Assembly: GCA_900770185.1 (NCBI GenBank)
Contig: CAAGJM010000035.1
Coordinates: 149,761 to 213,760, forward strand
DNA from: Clostridia bacterium
GTDB taxonomy: Bacteria; Bacillota; Clostridia; Christensenellales; Borkfalkiaceae
Length of the DNA: 64,000 nt
Direction: 5' to 3'
The translations under genes were made by a program, and so were the position numbers. The notes beneath the pieces are model-generated. The model saw nothing but the letters and a program-made list of their open reading frames with translations. It did not search any database and was not told the origin of the DNA. The number at the start of each line of letters is the position of its first letter. Position 1 is the first letter of the stretch. Positions 27,621-39,691 of this stretch are shown here, piece by piece.

Positions 27621-28928
27621 TTAATTTTTCAATTCAATTAAACCGTCTTGCTTCATCTCTTCCAAAGCGCGCAAAATACCGAGTTTTGCGTGGTAAAAAG
27701 TAAGCCCGCCCTGAAAGTAAACGGCGTAAGGTTCGCGTATCGGCCCGTCCGCCGAAAGCTCTATCGACGAGCCTTGAACAAACGCACCCGCCGCCATGAT
27801 AACTTTGCTTTCATATCCCGGCATATCGCCCGGAACGGGGGTGACGTAACTATCGACGGGCGCCGCCGATTGTATGCCTTTGCAGAACGCGACCATTGCC
27901 TTTTCGCTTTTAAGTTCGACGGCCTGAATGATATCGTATCTTTCGTCCGACCCTTTCGGAACGGTTTTATAACCGAATTTTTCAAAGCAGTTTGCGGCGA
28001 AAATCGCGCCTTTAAGCGCACCCGCGGTAACGGTGGGGGCTAAAAACAAGCCTTGATAAAAGCGCGGCAAAACGCCTATCGTCGCGCCGACCTCTTGCCC
28101 GAGCCCCGGAGCGGAAAGCCTGTATGCGCACCTGTCGACCAAATCTTTACGCCCTGCAATATAGCCGCCGACGGGCGCTAAGCCGCCGCCGGGGTTTTTA
28201 ATGAGCGAGCCGACGGTCATATCCGCGCCGACGTCGCTCGGCTCTATCGTTTCGACGAATTCGCCGTAGCAGTTATCGACCATAACGATAACGTCGGACT
28301 TAACGCTTTTAACGAACTTAATCGCCTCGCCGATTTGTTCGACCGAAAAAGTCGGGCGGGTTTTGTAACCTTTCGAGCGCTGAATTTCGATTAGCTTCGT
28401 CTTGGCGTTTATCGCCTTTTTAATATTTTCAAGGTCAAACTCGCCGTTTGCGTTAAGTTCGACTTCGCTATAAGTTACGCCGTATTCTTTAAGCGAGCAA
28501 GCGGCGTCGCGTATGCCGATAACTTCTTCGAGTGTGTCGTACGGTCTGCCGTTTATGGAAAGCATTTCGTCGCCGGGGAGAAGATTCGCCGAAAGCGCAA
28601 TCGCAAGCGCGTGCGTGCCGCAAGTTATCTGCGGGCGAACAAGAGCCGCTTCGGTGTGAAAAACGTCGGCGTAAACACGCTCTAATTTATCCCTGCCGAT
28701 ATCGTCGTACCCGTACCCTGTGGACGACTGCATACAAGCCGCGTCAACCCTGTTTTTTTGCATTGCAAGCAAAACTTTATTCTGGTTATACTCGGCGATT
28801 TTATCTATCGCGTTAAAACGCGGCTCTAAATCTTTCAAAACCGCTTCGCCGAGAGCGTAAACCTCTTCGCTAACGTTTAAATTTTTATATATGTTTCTTA
28901 ACCGTAAGTCTTTCATACCCTGAGCCAA
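27621..28928 (-). CDS. PLP-dependent Cys/Met-metabolism-family protein (aluminium-resistance/YnbB-like)
   Basis: 435 aa. Similarity pattern to the methionine gamma-lyase-like family (...SLIKNPGGGLAPVGGYIAG..). Own promoter TTGACT-17-TATACT at about 28960-28990. Confidence 0.65.
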   Translation of the reverse strand: MAQGMKDLRLRNIYKNLNVSEEVYALGEAVLKDLEPRFNAIDKIAEYNQNKVLLAMQKNRVDAACMQSSTGYGYDDIGRDKLERVYADVFHTEAALVRPQITCGTHALAIALSANLLPGDEMLSINGRPYDTLEEVIGIRDAACSLKEYGVTYSEVELNANGEFDLENIKKAINAKTKLIEIQRSKGYKTRPTFSVEQIGEAIKFVKSVKSDVIVMVDNCYGEFVETIEPSDVGADMTVGSLIKNPGGGLAPVGGYIAGRKDLVDRCAYRLSAPGLGQEVGATIGVLPRFYQGLFLAPTVTAGALKGAIFAANCFEKFGYKTVPKGSDERYDIIQAVELKSEKAMVAFCKGIQSAAPVDSYVTPVPGDMPGYESKVIMAAGAFVQGSSIELSADGPIREPYAVYFQGGLTFYHAKLGILRALEEMKQDGLIELKN

Positions 28929-29034
28929 ACTTTATTAATTACGTTTATTGTCGGCAAAACGCCGCAATTTACCTATACAGTATACAAAAATCCACCGCGT
29001 TAGTCAAGGCTATGCAACAAGTAAAACGGACACA

Positions 29035-29070
29035 AAAAAATAAAGCCCCGTTCAGGCTTTATTTTTTATC
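29035..29070. terminator. bidirectional hairpin plus T/A-runs
   Basis: AAAGCC ccgttca GGCTTT followed by T7 on the plus strand, and A-run then T-run on the minus strand. Terminates the small-ORF transcript on the minus strand. Confidence 0.6.
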
Positions 29071-29117
29071 GCTTCGCCGCTCGCTTTTATAGCCGCCGAT
29101 TTTAATTGTCGCCGATT

Positions 29118-29201
29118 TTAATTGTCGCCGAACTTTCTTTTAAACACGGCTTTCAACACCGCGCGGATAACAAGCGGGGGCTTAAAACAAAAAATTTTCA
29201 T
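29118..29201 (-). CDS. candidate 27-aa cationic small protein (not in the ORF track)
   Basis: RBS AAAAGGAG 6 nt upstream of the ATG. Translation: MKIFCFKPPLVIRAVLKAVFKRKFGDN. Putative promoter ATGACA-16-CATAAT upstream and a terminator downstream. The 3' end overlaps a 19-bp tandem repeat. Confidence 0.3.
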   Translation of the reverse strand: MKIFCFKPPLVIRAVLKAVFKRKFGDN

Positions 29202-29425
29202 ACGCCGACTCCTTTTACCGAACGAAGGCTGCCACCTAGAACCTTAAAGAGTTTAAGCGGCTTAATTACCGTTCGGCTAACACATTATATGTTTGGTTTT
29301 GCGAATTATGCTATTTTTTGTCGAATTGTCATTCGTTATCATGCCCGCGCCGCTACGCAACCCGAAACCGAGGCTAAACGTAGCCGTGCGCCGCTTTCGA
29401 TTTATAGCAGCCGCACTCTAAAAGC

Positions 29426-30076
29426 CTACGCGTTTTTTAAAAATGCGATTGCCTTTTTTCTATCTTCCGCCTTAAACACGTACGAGCCCGCAACCAACAC
29501 GTCTACCCCCGCACTTACCGCCTCGGCGGCGGTTTTTTCATTTATTCCGCCGTCGATTTCAATTTCTATATCGCGGTTTTCCGCTTTAATCATCTCTTTA
29601 ACAGCTTTAACCTTATCCAAACTCGACTCTATAAACGCCTGACCGCCAAACCCCGGCTCAACGCTCATAATAAGCACCATATCGACGTAAGGTATAAGCG
29701 GTTTTAACAAGTTTACGTCCGTTTTCGGTTTTATGGAAACAGCGCTTTTAACTCCGCGCGCACGAATTTCTTTGACAACTTCTATAATAGGCTTTTTAAC
29801 CGCTTCGAGATGCACCGTAATTATATCCGCGCCGCTTTCTATAAACCTGTCGACGTACGTTTCCGGCTCATCGATCATAAGGTGAACGTCGAAAACCGCC
29901 GAGGTAAGTTTACGAAGATCTTTTATCATTTTAAAGCCGAACGTTATATTGTCTACGAATTTACCGTCCATAACGTCAAGGTGAATATAATCCGCCCCCG
30001 CTTCAACGATATTTTCAACTTCTTCGCCCATTTTAGAAAAATCTGCCGATAAAATCGACGGCGCAACTTTTGCCAT
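29426..30076 (-). CDS. rpe: ribulose-phosphate 3-epimerase
   Basis: MAKVAPSILSADFSKMGEEV..HLDVMDG. Confidence 0.95.
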   Translation of the reverse strand: MAKVAPSILSADFSKMGEEVENIVEAGADYIHLDVMDGKFVDNITFGFKMIKDLRKLTSAVFDVHLMIDEPETYVDRFIESGADIITVHLEAVKKPIIEVVKEIRARGVKSAVSIKPKTDVNLLKPLIPYVDMVLIMSVEPGFGGQAFIESSLDKVKAVKEMIKAENRDIEIEIDGGINEKTAAEAVSAGVDVLVAGSYVFKAEDRKKAIAFLKNA

Positions 30077-30137
30077 ATTTACTCCTTTAATTTTTACTTC
30101 GCTTTAAACGCCCGCTTTAATTTTCAGCGTAAACGCG

Positions 30138-31178
30138 TTAATCGTCGCTTTTAATATAATCGCGGCGGAGTTGTCCGCACGCACCGTCTATATCCGCGCC
30201 GTTAAGCCTTCTGACCGTTGCGGACAAACCGTTTTTGGTTAAGTAATCGCAAAAAGCGTAGGCGCGCTTATCGCTTATGCCTTTTAAATTCTTTTCTTTA
30301 ACTTCGTTCAACCTTATAAGGTTTACGTGACACGGGCGGTGACGCAAAATTTTGATTAAATCGTCGGCGGAAGAAAAATCGTCGTTCACGCCCGAAATTA
30401 AGGAATATTCAAAAATGTATCTTCTGCCCGTTTTATTAAAGTAATAGTCAAGCGCGGCTAAAATATCCGATATTTTATAGGCTTTTGCAACGGGCATTAT
30501 GGTTTTGCGCTTTTCGTCGGTCGCGGCGTGAAGAGAAACGGTCATATTTACAGGCAAATTTTCGTCCGCAAATTTTATGATTTTGTCCGATAGCCCGCAA
30601 GTCGATAAACTGACGTTCCTTAAACTTACGTTCAAGCCGTTTTTATCGCTTAAAAGGCGCAAAAATTTAACTGTTTCGTCGTAATTATCGAGCGGCTCTC
30701 CGCTACCCATCAAAACTAAATTGGTAACTTTGCGCTTTAAAATATTGCCGCCGTTTAATCTGTTGACCGCGGCGACCGTAGAAAGCATTTCGCCCGCGGT
30801 TAAGTTGCGGACAAGCCCGCCTATCCCCGAAGCGCAAAAGGCGCAACCCATTCTGCACCCGACCTGCGTCGATAAACATTCGGTATTACCGTAGTCGTTT
30901 TTCATATAAACGCCCTCGACGATATTGCCGTCGCTAAGCTTAAACAGATATTTTTCGGTACCGTCTTTCGACACGAGCCGTTTTATGATTTCAACGGGTT
31001 CGTCAACGAAATTTTCGAGCAGTTTTTCGCGGAAAGTTTTACTTAGTTCCGTCATTTCGCTTATTTTTTGACCGTTACTTACAGCGCGGAAAATCTGCCC
31101 TGCGCGGTAAGGCTTTTCGCCGTACTTATCAACAAGCGTTTTTAATTCGTCAACGGATAAATCGCTTAAAATTCTCAC
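30138..31178 (-). CDS. rlmN: 23S rRNA/tRNA adenine-C2 methyltransferase RlmN (radical SAM)
   Basis: CxxxCxxC (CRMGCAFCASG), RlmN-like N-terminal and C-terminal regions. Confidence 0.9.
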   Translation of the reverse strand: MRILSDLSVDELKTLVDKYGEKPYRAGQIFRAVSNGQKISEMTELSKTFREKLLENFVDEPVEIIKRLVSKDGTEKYLFKLSDGNIVEGVYMKNDYGNTECLSTQVGCRMGCAFCASGIGGLVRNLTAGEMLSTVAAVNRLNGGNILKRKVTNLVLMGSGEPLDNYDETVKFLRLLSDKNGLNVSLRNVSLSTCGLSDKIIKFADENLPVNMTVSLHAATDEKRKTIMPVAKAYKISDILAALDYYFNKTGRRYIFEYSLISGVNDDFSSADDLIKILRHRPCHVNLIRLNEVKEKNLKGISDKRAYAFCDYLTKNGLSATVRRLNGADIDGACGQLRRDYIKSDD

Positions 31179-32431
31179 TGTTCACCTTTCGTTTTTTTGA
31201 GTTTGCAAAAATAAAACCCTGCGTTTAACGATAAATGCGGCAAAAACTGCATGCCGTACGCGGTTTTGATATGCCTTAAAGGACTATCGCAAGTTTCGAC
31301 GGCGAAATCGGGGTTTTTACGCAAAAAATCTTTTATGATATCGTCGTTTTCGCTTTTAAACACCGAGCAAGTCGAATAACACAGATACCCGCCCGTTTTT
31401 ACGTAATTTTTCACCGTACTAAGTATTTTTGCCTGCGTTTTATTGAGTTCAAAAATATTTTCTTCCGTGCGGTGAAGCTTAATATCCGGGTTATCTTTAA
31501 CGACGCCGTAGCCGCTGCACGGAACGTCCGCCAAAACGCAGTCGAACGAATTTACAAAGTCGGGATTTATAACCGTCCCGTCGCCCAAAACGGCGGAAAC
31601 GTTATACTTTTTCATACGGCTTGCGTAAGATTTTATGAGTTCTACGCGGTGCGGGTAAATCTCTTCCGCCACGACGGAATTAAATTTGTCGGCAAGATAC
31701 ACCGCCTTGCCACCCGGGGCGGAACATGCGTCCAAAAGCCTGTCGCCGCTGCCGACCGCTTCGGATATAGCGACGCTGCCTATCGACTGAAAGGTATATA
31801 AACCTTCGTAAAACCCGTCGTTTAACTTAAAATTTTTAACCCGATAAAGGTTAGTGAACGGCGTTTTGTCGTAAGTTTTGTTTATGATTTTTAAATATTC
31901 TTCGCCGTCTACGTCTAAGTTAAAGCGGACGAAAGTAAACTCTTCGTCGGCGGACATTATTTTTTCGGCGGTTTCGACCCCGTAGTCCGAAATAAGTTTT
32001 TTGACCGCAAATTCGGGATACGAGTATTTAAGCGAAAGCCCCGTCACGCCGTCCTCGGGAATACTTACGGGCGATTTTAGGTATTTGCGCAAAATCGCGT
32101 TCACAAAACCGCTCACCCCGCCTTTGCCGAGTTTTTTAACGAGTTCTACGCACGCGTTAGTAACCGCGTACGGCGCGGTTTTTAAGTAGATAATTTGATA
32201 AAGCGCGATTTTTAAAATTATGCGAACGGGAAGTTTAGGCGTTTTTTCGCACAGCGATTTTATGATGAACGAAAGCGTAACGTCTTTATCCAAAACCCCG
32301 TAAGTTATTTTAGTTACCGCCGCGCGGTTCAACTCTTCGATTTGAGTATTGCTTAAAGCCTGTTTTATAAACGCGCCTTCGCCGTACACTTTATATAAGA
32401 CGTTATATGAATCGTAAACGGTTATAAGCAT
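31175..32431 (-). CDS. rsmB: 16S rRNA m5C967 methyltransferase
   Basis: NusB-like N-terminus plus Fmu/Sun SAM-MTase motifs (DACSAPGGK, DVPCSG). Conserved fmt-rsmB order. Confidence 0.9.
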   Translation of the reverse strand: MLITVYDSYNVLYKVYGEGAFIKQALSNTQIEELNRAAVTKITYGVLDKDVTLSFIIKSLCEKTPKLPVRIILKIALYQIIYLKTAPYAVTNACVELVKKLGKGGVSGFVNAILRKYLKSPVSIPEDGVTGLSLKYSYPEFAVKKLISDYGVETAEKIMSADEEFTFVRFNLDVDGEEYLKIINKTYDKTPFTNLYRVKNFKLNDGFYEGLYTFQSIGSVAISEAVGSGDRLLDACSAPGGKAVYLADKFNSVVAEEIYPHRVELIKSYASRMKKYNVSAVLGDGTVINPDFVNSFDCVLADVPCSGYGVVKDNPDIKLHRTEENIFELNKTQAKILSTVKNYVKTGGYLCYSTCSVFKSENDDIIKDFLRKNPDFAVETCDSPLRHIKTAYGMQFLPHLSLNAGFYFCKLKKTKGEQ

Positions 32432-32437
32432 AATTAA

Positions 32438-33403
32438 TTATTTATCAAGTGCGGCAAGTCCTGCACCCGTTAGTATATCGCCGACCTTAATTTTGTTGCC
32501 GACCAAAAAGTCATGCGCAGACATTCTTTTGCCGCCTTCAAGCTGAACTTCGGTTAGCTCTAACGCACCGTCGCCGCACGCGACGATAAGCCCGTTTTTA
32601 ACGTCCGCAAACACAACTTCTCCGGGTGTTTTTCCCGCAGGCGTTATATCGCCGCGAACGCGCGCCGAGTAGATTTTAAGCATTTTGTCATGCAAAAAAG
32701 TATAAGCAACCGGCCACGGATTAAGTCCGCGCACAAGGTTATAAATCGAAATTGAATTTTTTGAAAAATTTATTATTCCGTCTTCTTTTTTAAGCATTTT
32801 TACATGCGTCGCTTCCGCGTCGTTTTGTTTGACGAAGGTCGCCGTGCCGGCCTCAATCTCGTCAAGAACTTTAACTATTAAATCCGCGCCGATTGCGGAT
32901 AACCTGTCAAACAATTCGCCCGCGGTTTCGGCTTCGCCGATATCGGTTTTTTGCACCGCGATAATATCGCCCGTATCGACGCCCGCCTCCGTCTTCATTA
33001 TGGTAACGCCGGTAACTTTATCGCCGTTTATTATCGACCACTGAATAGGTGCTGCGCCGCGGTACTTCGGTAAAAGCGAGGCGTGCACGTTTATAACGCC
33101 GTGTTTCGGGATATCAAGAATTTCTTGCGATAAAATTTGCCCGTATGCGCAAGTGACCATAACGTCGGGGTTTAACGCTTTTAAGTCTTCAACCCCTTCC
33201 TTTCGAATTTTTTCGTAACCGAGCGTTTTAAGCCCCAAACTTTCCGCCGCGACTTTAACCGCGCAAGGAGTGACGACCGCCTTTCTGCCGACGGGTCTAT
33301 CGGGCTGGGTTACGACGGCTAAAACCTCGTGCTTGCTTGCCGCGATTTTTTTAAGCGGCAAAACGGCAAAATCGGGCGTGCCTAAAAATACAACTTTCAT
33401 CAA
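32438..33403 (-). CDS. fmt: methionyl-tRNA formyltransferase
   Basis: MKVVFLGTPDFAV..., the HASLLPKYRG motif. Confidence 0.95.
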   Translation of the reverse strand: MMKVVFLGTPDFAVLPLKKIAASKHEVLAVVTQPDRPVGRKAVVTPCAVKVAAESLGLKTLGYEKIRKEGVEDLKALNPDVMVTCAYGQILSQEILDIPKHGVINVHASLLPKYRGAAPIQWSIINGDKVTGVTIMKTEAGVDTGDIIAVQKTDIGEAETAGELFDRLSAIGADLIVKVLDEIEAGTATFVKQNDAEATHVKMLKKEDGIINFSKNSISIYNLVRGLNPWPVAYTFLHDKMLKIYSARVRGDITPAGKTPGEVVFADVKNGLIVACGDGALELTEVQLEGGKRMSAHDFLVGNKIKVGDILTGAGLAALDK

Positions 33404-33855
33404 ATCTCCTCACGGACGTCGGTCGCCTTATCTATATACAAAATTCCGTCCAAGTGGTCGTTTTCGTGACAAACGGCTTTCGCAAAAAAGCCCTTAGCGG
33501 TTATAGTTTTTTTCTCACCGTTCCTGTCCTGAAATTTAACCACGACTTCTTCGGGACGAACGACCTCGCCCCACTTGCCTTTAATAGACAAACACCCCTC
33601 GGTGCCCGTTTGCGAACCTTTTTGCGATACGATAACGGGGTTAATAAATTCAAAATAACCCTCTTCGACGTCAACGACGAATATACGCCTTAAAATGCCG
33701 ACCTGCGGCGCGGCAAGCCCTGCCCCTTCGGCTTTTCGGAGCGTTTCTTTCATATCGTCGAGAAGCGTTGCCGTTTTTTCGCCGAAATCGGTCACCTCAA
33801 AACATTTTTTTCTTAAAACTTCGTCACCTATCTGGACAATGTTCCTTATCGCCAT
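33400..33855 (-). CDS. def: peptide deformylase
   Basis: GLAAPQVG, EGCLS and HENDH motifs. Confidence 0.95.
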   Translation of the reverse strand: MAIRNIVQIGDEVLRKKCFEVTDFGEKTATLLDDMKETLRKAEGAGLAAPQVGILRRIFVVDVEEGYFEFINPVIVSQKGSQTGTEGCLSIKGKWGEVVRPEEVVVKFQDRNGEKKTITAKGFFAKAVCHENDHLDGILYIDKATDVREEI

Positions 33856-33867
33856 AATAATACCTTC

Positions 33868-36060
33868 CTAACTCATACTGCCGGGGTTTACCTCAACGTA
33901 ACAATTAACCCCTTTTACGTTTACCGAGTCAACGACTTCGTAAATTTTCTGTTCGATTTTATCGCGGTTATCGGTAACGCGCATTAAAACCTGATACCTG
34001 TACTTATTTTTAATTCTTTTAACGGGACTGCGCATTTTATTAAAATAGGCGAAATCACCGTAATTTTCGTCGTAAACCGCTTTAGCTTTAAAGTAAGCTT
34101 CTTTTAAGGCGGACAAGCATTTCTCATCGTCGTCGCCCTCAATCATAATTCTTACTATATCCGACCACGGCGGAAAAGCCGTAGCCTTTCTGAGCGATAT
34201 TTCTTTATTAAAAAAGCTTTTATAATCGTATTTAACCGCAAATTTAAGCGTCGGGTTTTGGGGGCTATACGTTTGCAAAACGACTTTACCCTTCATATCC
34301 GCCCTTCCGGCTCTGCCCGCAACCTGCGTAATAAGCTGAAAAGTCCTCTCGTTGGAGCGATAATCGCTGAAATATAAACTCATATCCGCGTCGATTATAC
34401 CGACGAGCGTCACGTTTTTAAAGTCGTGGCCTTTGGCAATCATTTGCGTTCCGACTAAAATATCCGCTTTTTTTTCGCCGAACGCGGTTAAAATGTTAAA
34501 GTGCGACTCTTTATTGCGGGTGGTGTCGTTATCCATACGCAAAATATTTGCCTGCGGGTAAAGTTCTTTAAGTTCTTTGACTACCCTTTCGGTACCCGTG
34601 CCGCTGTAATTTATCTTTACGCCGCCGCACTCCGGGCAAGCCGCGGGCATTTTATACGCCGCTCCGCAATAGTGGCATTTAAGCGCGCCTTCTTCGCGGT
34701 GGTAGGTAAGCGCGACGTCGCAATGCTCGCATTTGGCAACGAAGCCGCAATCGGCGCAAATAAGTTTTTGCGAGTATCCGCGACGGTTTAAGAATATCAT
34801 CGCCTGATTTTTATCGTCAAGCGTCTTTTTAAGCTCGTATTTAAGCGCGGAAGAAAACGCCGACGGATTACCGCTTCTAACTTCTTCTTTCATGTCCGCG
34901 ATTATAACTTCCGGCATCGGTTTACCGTTGACGCGGTTGACCATTTCGGCAAGCGAATATTCGCCCTGCGTTGCTTTTAAATAGGTTTCTATTTTAGGCG
35001 TTGCGCTACCCATAACGAGTTTTGCGCCGTTTAACTTCGCCCTGTATTCGGCAACTTCACCGGTAACGTACCTTGGCGACGATTCGCTTTCATAACTGCC
35101 GTCGTGTTCCTCGTCGATTATTATTATTCCCGGATTTTCAAGCGGTGCAAACACCGCGCTACGCGCGCCGACGGCGATTTTCGCTTCGCCGCTTCTGAGC
35201 CTCCACCACTCGTCGAACTTCTCGCCCGCCGACAGTCCGCTATGCAATATCGCGCAGCTGTCGCCGAAGCGCGACCTTAGCCGCATAAGCGTTTGCGGGG
35301 TAAGCGATATTTCGGGAACGAGCATTATTGCCGTCTTACCCTCATTAAGCACCGTTTTTATCAAATTTAAGTATACTTCCGTCTTCCCCGACCCCGTAAC
35401 GCCGTGAATAAGGGTGGGTTTATCGGATTCGACGGCGATTTTGTAGGCAGCTTGCTGTTCGTTTGTGAGGGGAAAATAATCTTCTTTTTCTCCTTTACCG
35501 CTATACGGAACGCGCCCGACGCGCTCTTCGCTAACCGTTACAAACCCGCGCTTTATAAGAGCGTTTAACGCGGTTGAAGAATAATTTTCGTTAAGCCGCG
35601 CGGTTAGTTCGCTCTCAACCTTACTTAGCCGCTTTAAAATCGCGGCTTGCATGTCCGCGCCCTTTCTGATAGCAGACAGCGCGGCGTTTACGTCCAAGTT
35701 TTCAGCTAAGCGAGCGACGCGCACCGTTTTTTTGCGAACTTTGCCCGTGCGCATTTCGCTCGGAAGCAGCAACCTTAACGCGGCGGCGTAAGAAACGTGA
35801 TATCTTTCCCGCACGAATTTAGCGAGTTTCAACGCTTCTTCGCTAAGCGCCGGGATATCTTCAACCACCCTTGCTATTGATTTCAGCTTGTTTTCGGGCA
35901 CTGCGCTTTCGCTTTTTAACGCCATAACAAAACCTTCCGTAAAGGACCTGCCGAACGGAACGACGACGCGCGACCCCACAAAAACCCCGGGGATGGCGAT
36001 ATAATCGAAAATTTTGTCAAGGTCGCTCGCGGCGACGTCTATTATAACTTCGCAATACAT
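33868..36060 (-). CDS. priA: primosomal protein N' (replication restart helicase)
   Basis: MYCEVIIDV.. N-terminus, Walker A GVTGSGKTEVY, Cys-rich zinc-binding insert. The track ORF starts 6 codons upstream at 36078. Confidence 0.95.
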   Translation of the reverse strand: MYCEVIIDVAASDLDKIFDYIAIPGVFVGSRVVVPFGRSFTEGFVMALKSESAVPENKLKSIARVVEDIPALSEEALKLAKFVRERYHVSYAAALRLLLPSEMRTGKVRKKTVRVARLAENLDVNAALSAIRKGADMQAAILKRLSKVESELTARLNENYSSTALNALIKRGFVTVSEERVGRVPYSGKGEKEDYFPLTNEQQAAYKIAVESDKPTLIHGVTGSGKTEVYLNLIKTVLNEGKTAIMLVPEISLTPQTLMRLRSRFGDSCAILHSGLSAGEKFDEWWRLRSGEAKIAVGARSAVFAPLENPGIIIIDEEHDGSYESESSPRYVTGEVAEYRAKLNGAKLVMGSATPKIETYLKATQGEYSLAEMVNRVNGKPMPEVIIADMKEEVRSGNPSAFSSALKYELKKTLDDKNQAMIFLNRRGYSQKLICADCGFVAKCEHCDVALTYHREEGALKCHYCGAAYKMPAACPECGGVKINYSGTGTERVVKELKELYPQANILRMDNDTTRNKESHFNILTAFGEKKADILVGTQMIAKGHDFKNVTLVGIIDADMSLYFSDYRSNERTFQLITQVAGRAGRADMKGKVVLQTYSPQNPTLKFAVKYDYKSFFNKEISLRKATAFPPWSDIVRIMIEGDDDEKCLSALKEAYFKAKAVYDENYGDFAYFNKMRSPVKRIKNKYRYQVLMRVTDNRDKIEQKIYEVVDSVNVKGVNCYVEVNPGSMS

Positions 36061-36136
36061 TAAAACTAAAATCGGCAAGCCGCAAGGCTAAGATTTTTAC
36101 TTCGGCAAAAGCAATAAAGTCTATAAATAAAATAAG

Positions 36137-36160
36137 TCGGCGGGCAAAATGCCGCCGACG
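36137..36160 (-). terminator. rho-independent terminator after rpoZ
   Basis: GTCGGCGG / CCGCCGAC 8-bp stem followed by a T-rich run on the minus strand. Confidence 0.6.
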
Positions 36161-36236
36161 ATAGCACAAGCGCTTTTCTCGCTTTTCGCAACCGAAAAAG
36201 ACGCCGTAAGCGAAGCGGTTTTGTAAACCGCCCGAA

Positions 36237-36455
36237 TTACGAGTTGGAAACGGTGATTTTGCCTTCGTAAATCTCGCAAGCGGCTTCGGTAAGCGGTTTT
36301 TGCCCGTTCAAAATAGCGGGGTTGTTCTGGCTTTTAACTGCGTCAACGAGTTGGCGGGCGCGTTTTGCGGCTAAAACGCAAAGCGCGTATTTAGAGCCGT
36401 TGTATTCTTCACCCAAACAACAGGTAAGTTCGTCGATAGGCGGTTCGTTAATCAT
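36237..36455 (-). CDS. rpoZ: DNA-directed RNA polymerase subunit omega
   Basis: 72 aa, ..SKYALCVLAAKRARQL.. is the omega signature. Confidence 0.9.
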   Translation of the reverse strand: MINEPPIDELTCCLGEEYNGSKYALCVLAAKRARQLVDAVKSQNNPAILNGQKPLTEAACEIYEGKITVSNS

Positions 36456-36512
36456 AATTTTATCTCCTTTTATACTAAAAAATCGGTAAACCGCACCGAA
36501 TTACGGGCGCGA

Positions 36513-37391
36513 TTATTCTACGTTTTGAATTTGTTCGCGAATTTTTTCGATTTCGCATTTTAATTTAAGCGCGGCGTCGGTAACCCCTACGTCGTTGCTC
36601 TTACTGCAAACGGTGTTCGCCTCGCGGTTAAACTCTTGCACCAAAAAGTCGAGTTTTTTACCTATTTCGCCCTCGCTGCCCGCAATAGACTTAAACTGGT
36701 CGATATGCGAATAAAGGCGGGTAATTTCTTCGTCGATATTGCATTTATCCGCAAAAACGGCGGTTTCCTGCAAAATGCGCGCTTCGTCGATTTCGGTGCC
36801 GCCCAAAACCTCTTTAAGCCTTTCGGACATTTTAACGCGATAATTTTCGCTTACGAGCGGCGCGAGTTTTTTAATTTCGTCAACGAGATTTTTGACCGTT
36901 TCAAGCCTCGTAAGCAAGTCTTTTTTAAGCTTTGCCCCCTCAAACTCGCGCATTGCGTTCAAGTTATCGCACGCACTGAGTGTGACTTTGCTTAAAATAG
37001 GCGATATTTCTTCAACGTTAAAAGCGGATTCAGCCGCCCTTAAAACGTCTTGCGTGCGCATAAGCGAACAAACGGTAAAATCGTTTTCAAGTTCGGAAAA
37101 CTCAAACGAGATTTTTTTTGCCGCCTCAACGTATGCCCTTGCCAGATTCAAATCGACCTCTATTTCTTCCGCGCCCTTGCGGGTATCTTTAAAAGTTACG
37201 AACAAGTCCGCTTTGCCGCGGGATATTTTCGATTGAACGGATTTGCGGATAACGTCTTCAAGCGGCATAAAAGCGCGCGGATATTTAGGCGTTAAGTCCA
37301 AAAACCTGTTATTAACCGTTTTAATTTCAACTGTAAGGGTAACGCCGTTTTCAGAATATTCGGCCTTACCGTAACCGGTCATGCTTTTCAT
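36513..37391 (-). CDS. YicC/YloC-family stress-induced protein (endoribonuclease)
   Basis: MKSMTGYGKAEY.. N-terminus typical of YicC. The start is internal to the track ORF. Confidence 0.85.
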   Translation of the reverse strand: MKSMTGYGKAEYSENGVTLTVEIKTVNNRFLDLTPKYPRAFMPLEDVIRKSVQSKISRGKADLFVTFKDTRKGAEEIEVDLNLARAYVEAAKKISFEFSELENDFTVCSLMRTQDVLRAAESAFNVEEISPILSKVTLSACDNLNAMREFEGAKLKKDLLTRLETVKNLVDEIKKLAPLVSENYRVKMSERLKEVLGGTEIDEARILQETAVFADKCNIDEEITRLYSHIDQFKSIAGSEGEIGKKLDFLVQEFNREANTVCSKSNDVGVTDAALKLKCEIEKIREQIQNVE

Positions 37392-37603
37392 TATTACCCC
37401 TTTAAGCGGCGCTTTGCCGCAAACAATAGGTATAGCGCGTAAAAACCGCAAACTATCGCACTCTTATACGCTGTATATAATAACATACTTTTTTAAAAAA
37501 AACAAGCGGGCGCATTTGTTTTTGCATTTATTTTTTAAAAACAATCACAAAAAACGCAATAATCGCTCCGGGACGAAGCAGCCGCGCCGGCAAACGTTTA
37601 TAT

Positions 37604-39556
<1,953 letters not shown>

Positions 39557-39691
39557 TCACCTTGTAATTTTTGAATAAATTTTATATTAACCGGCGGGAG
39601 CAAGTCCCCGCCCTACGTTTGGTTTGCGTGTTTTTAATAGGGAAAATTGCTTATTGAGCTTAGCCCCCTTTTATTTCCCCTTTGACAAGGG

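Noticed and set aside
28929-29425. T-box or SAM riboswitch upstream of the PLP-dependent Cys/Met-family gene
   Set aside because: There is no convincing T-box sequence (AATTAGGGTGGNACCGCG) or S-box core. The region is better explained by a small ORF with its own promoter and terminator, and the PLP gene has its own TTGACT-17-TATACT promoter.
29106-29642. 178-aa plus-strand ORF
   Set aside because: It overlaps the rpe 3' end antisense and the intergenic leader, with no RBS. The Ala/Ser/Thr-rich low-complexity translation is typical of antisense frames.
36078-36513. Missing gmk and coaBC in the yicC-rpoZ-priA block as evidence of a deletion or rearrangement
   Set aside because: The intergenic spaces are short and carry a normal terminator and promoter. 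The genes are most likely just located elsewhere in this lineage. It cannot be judged from one window.
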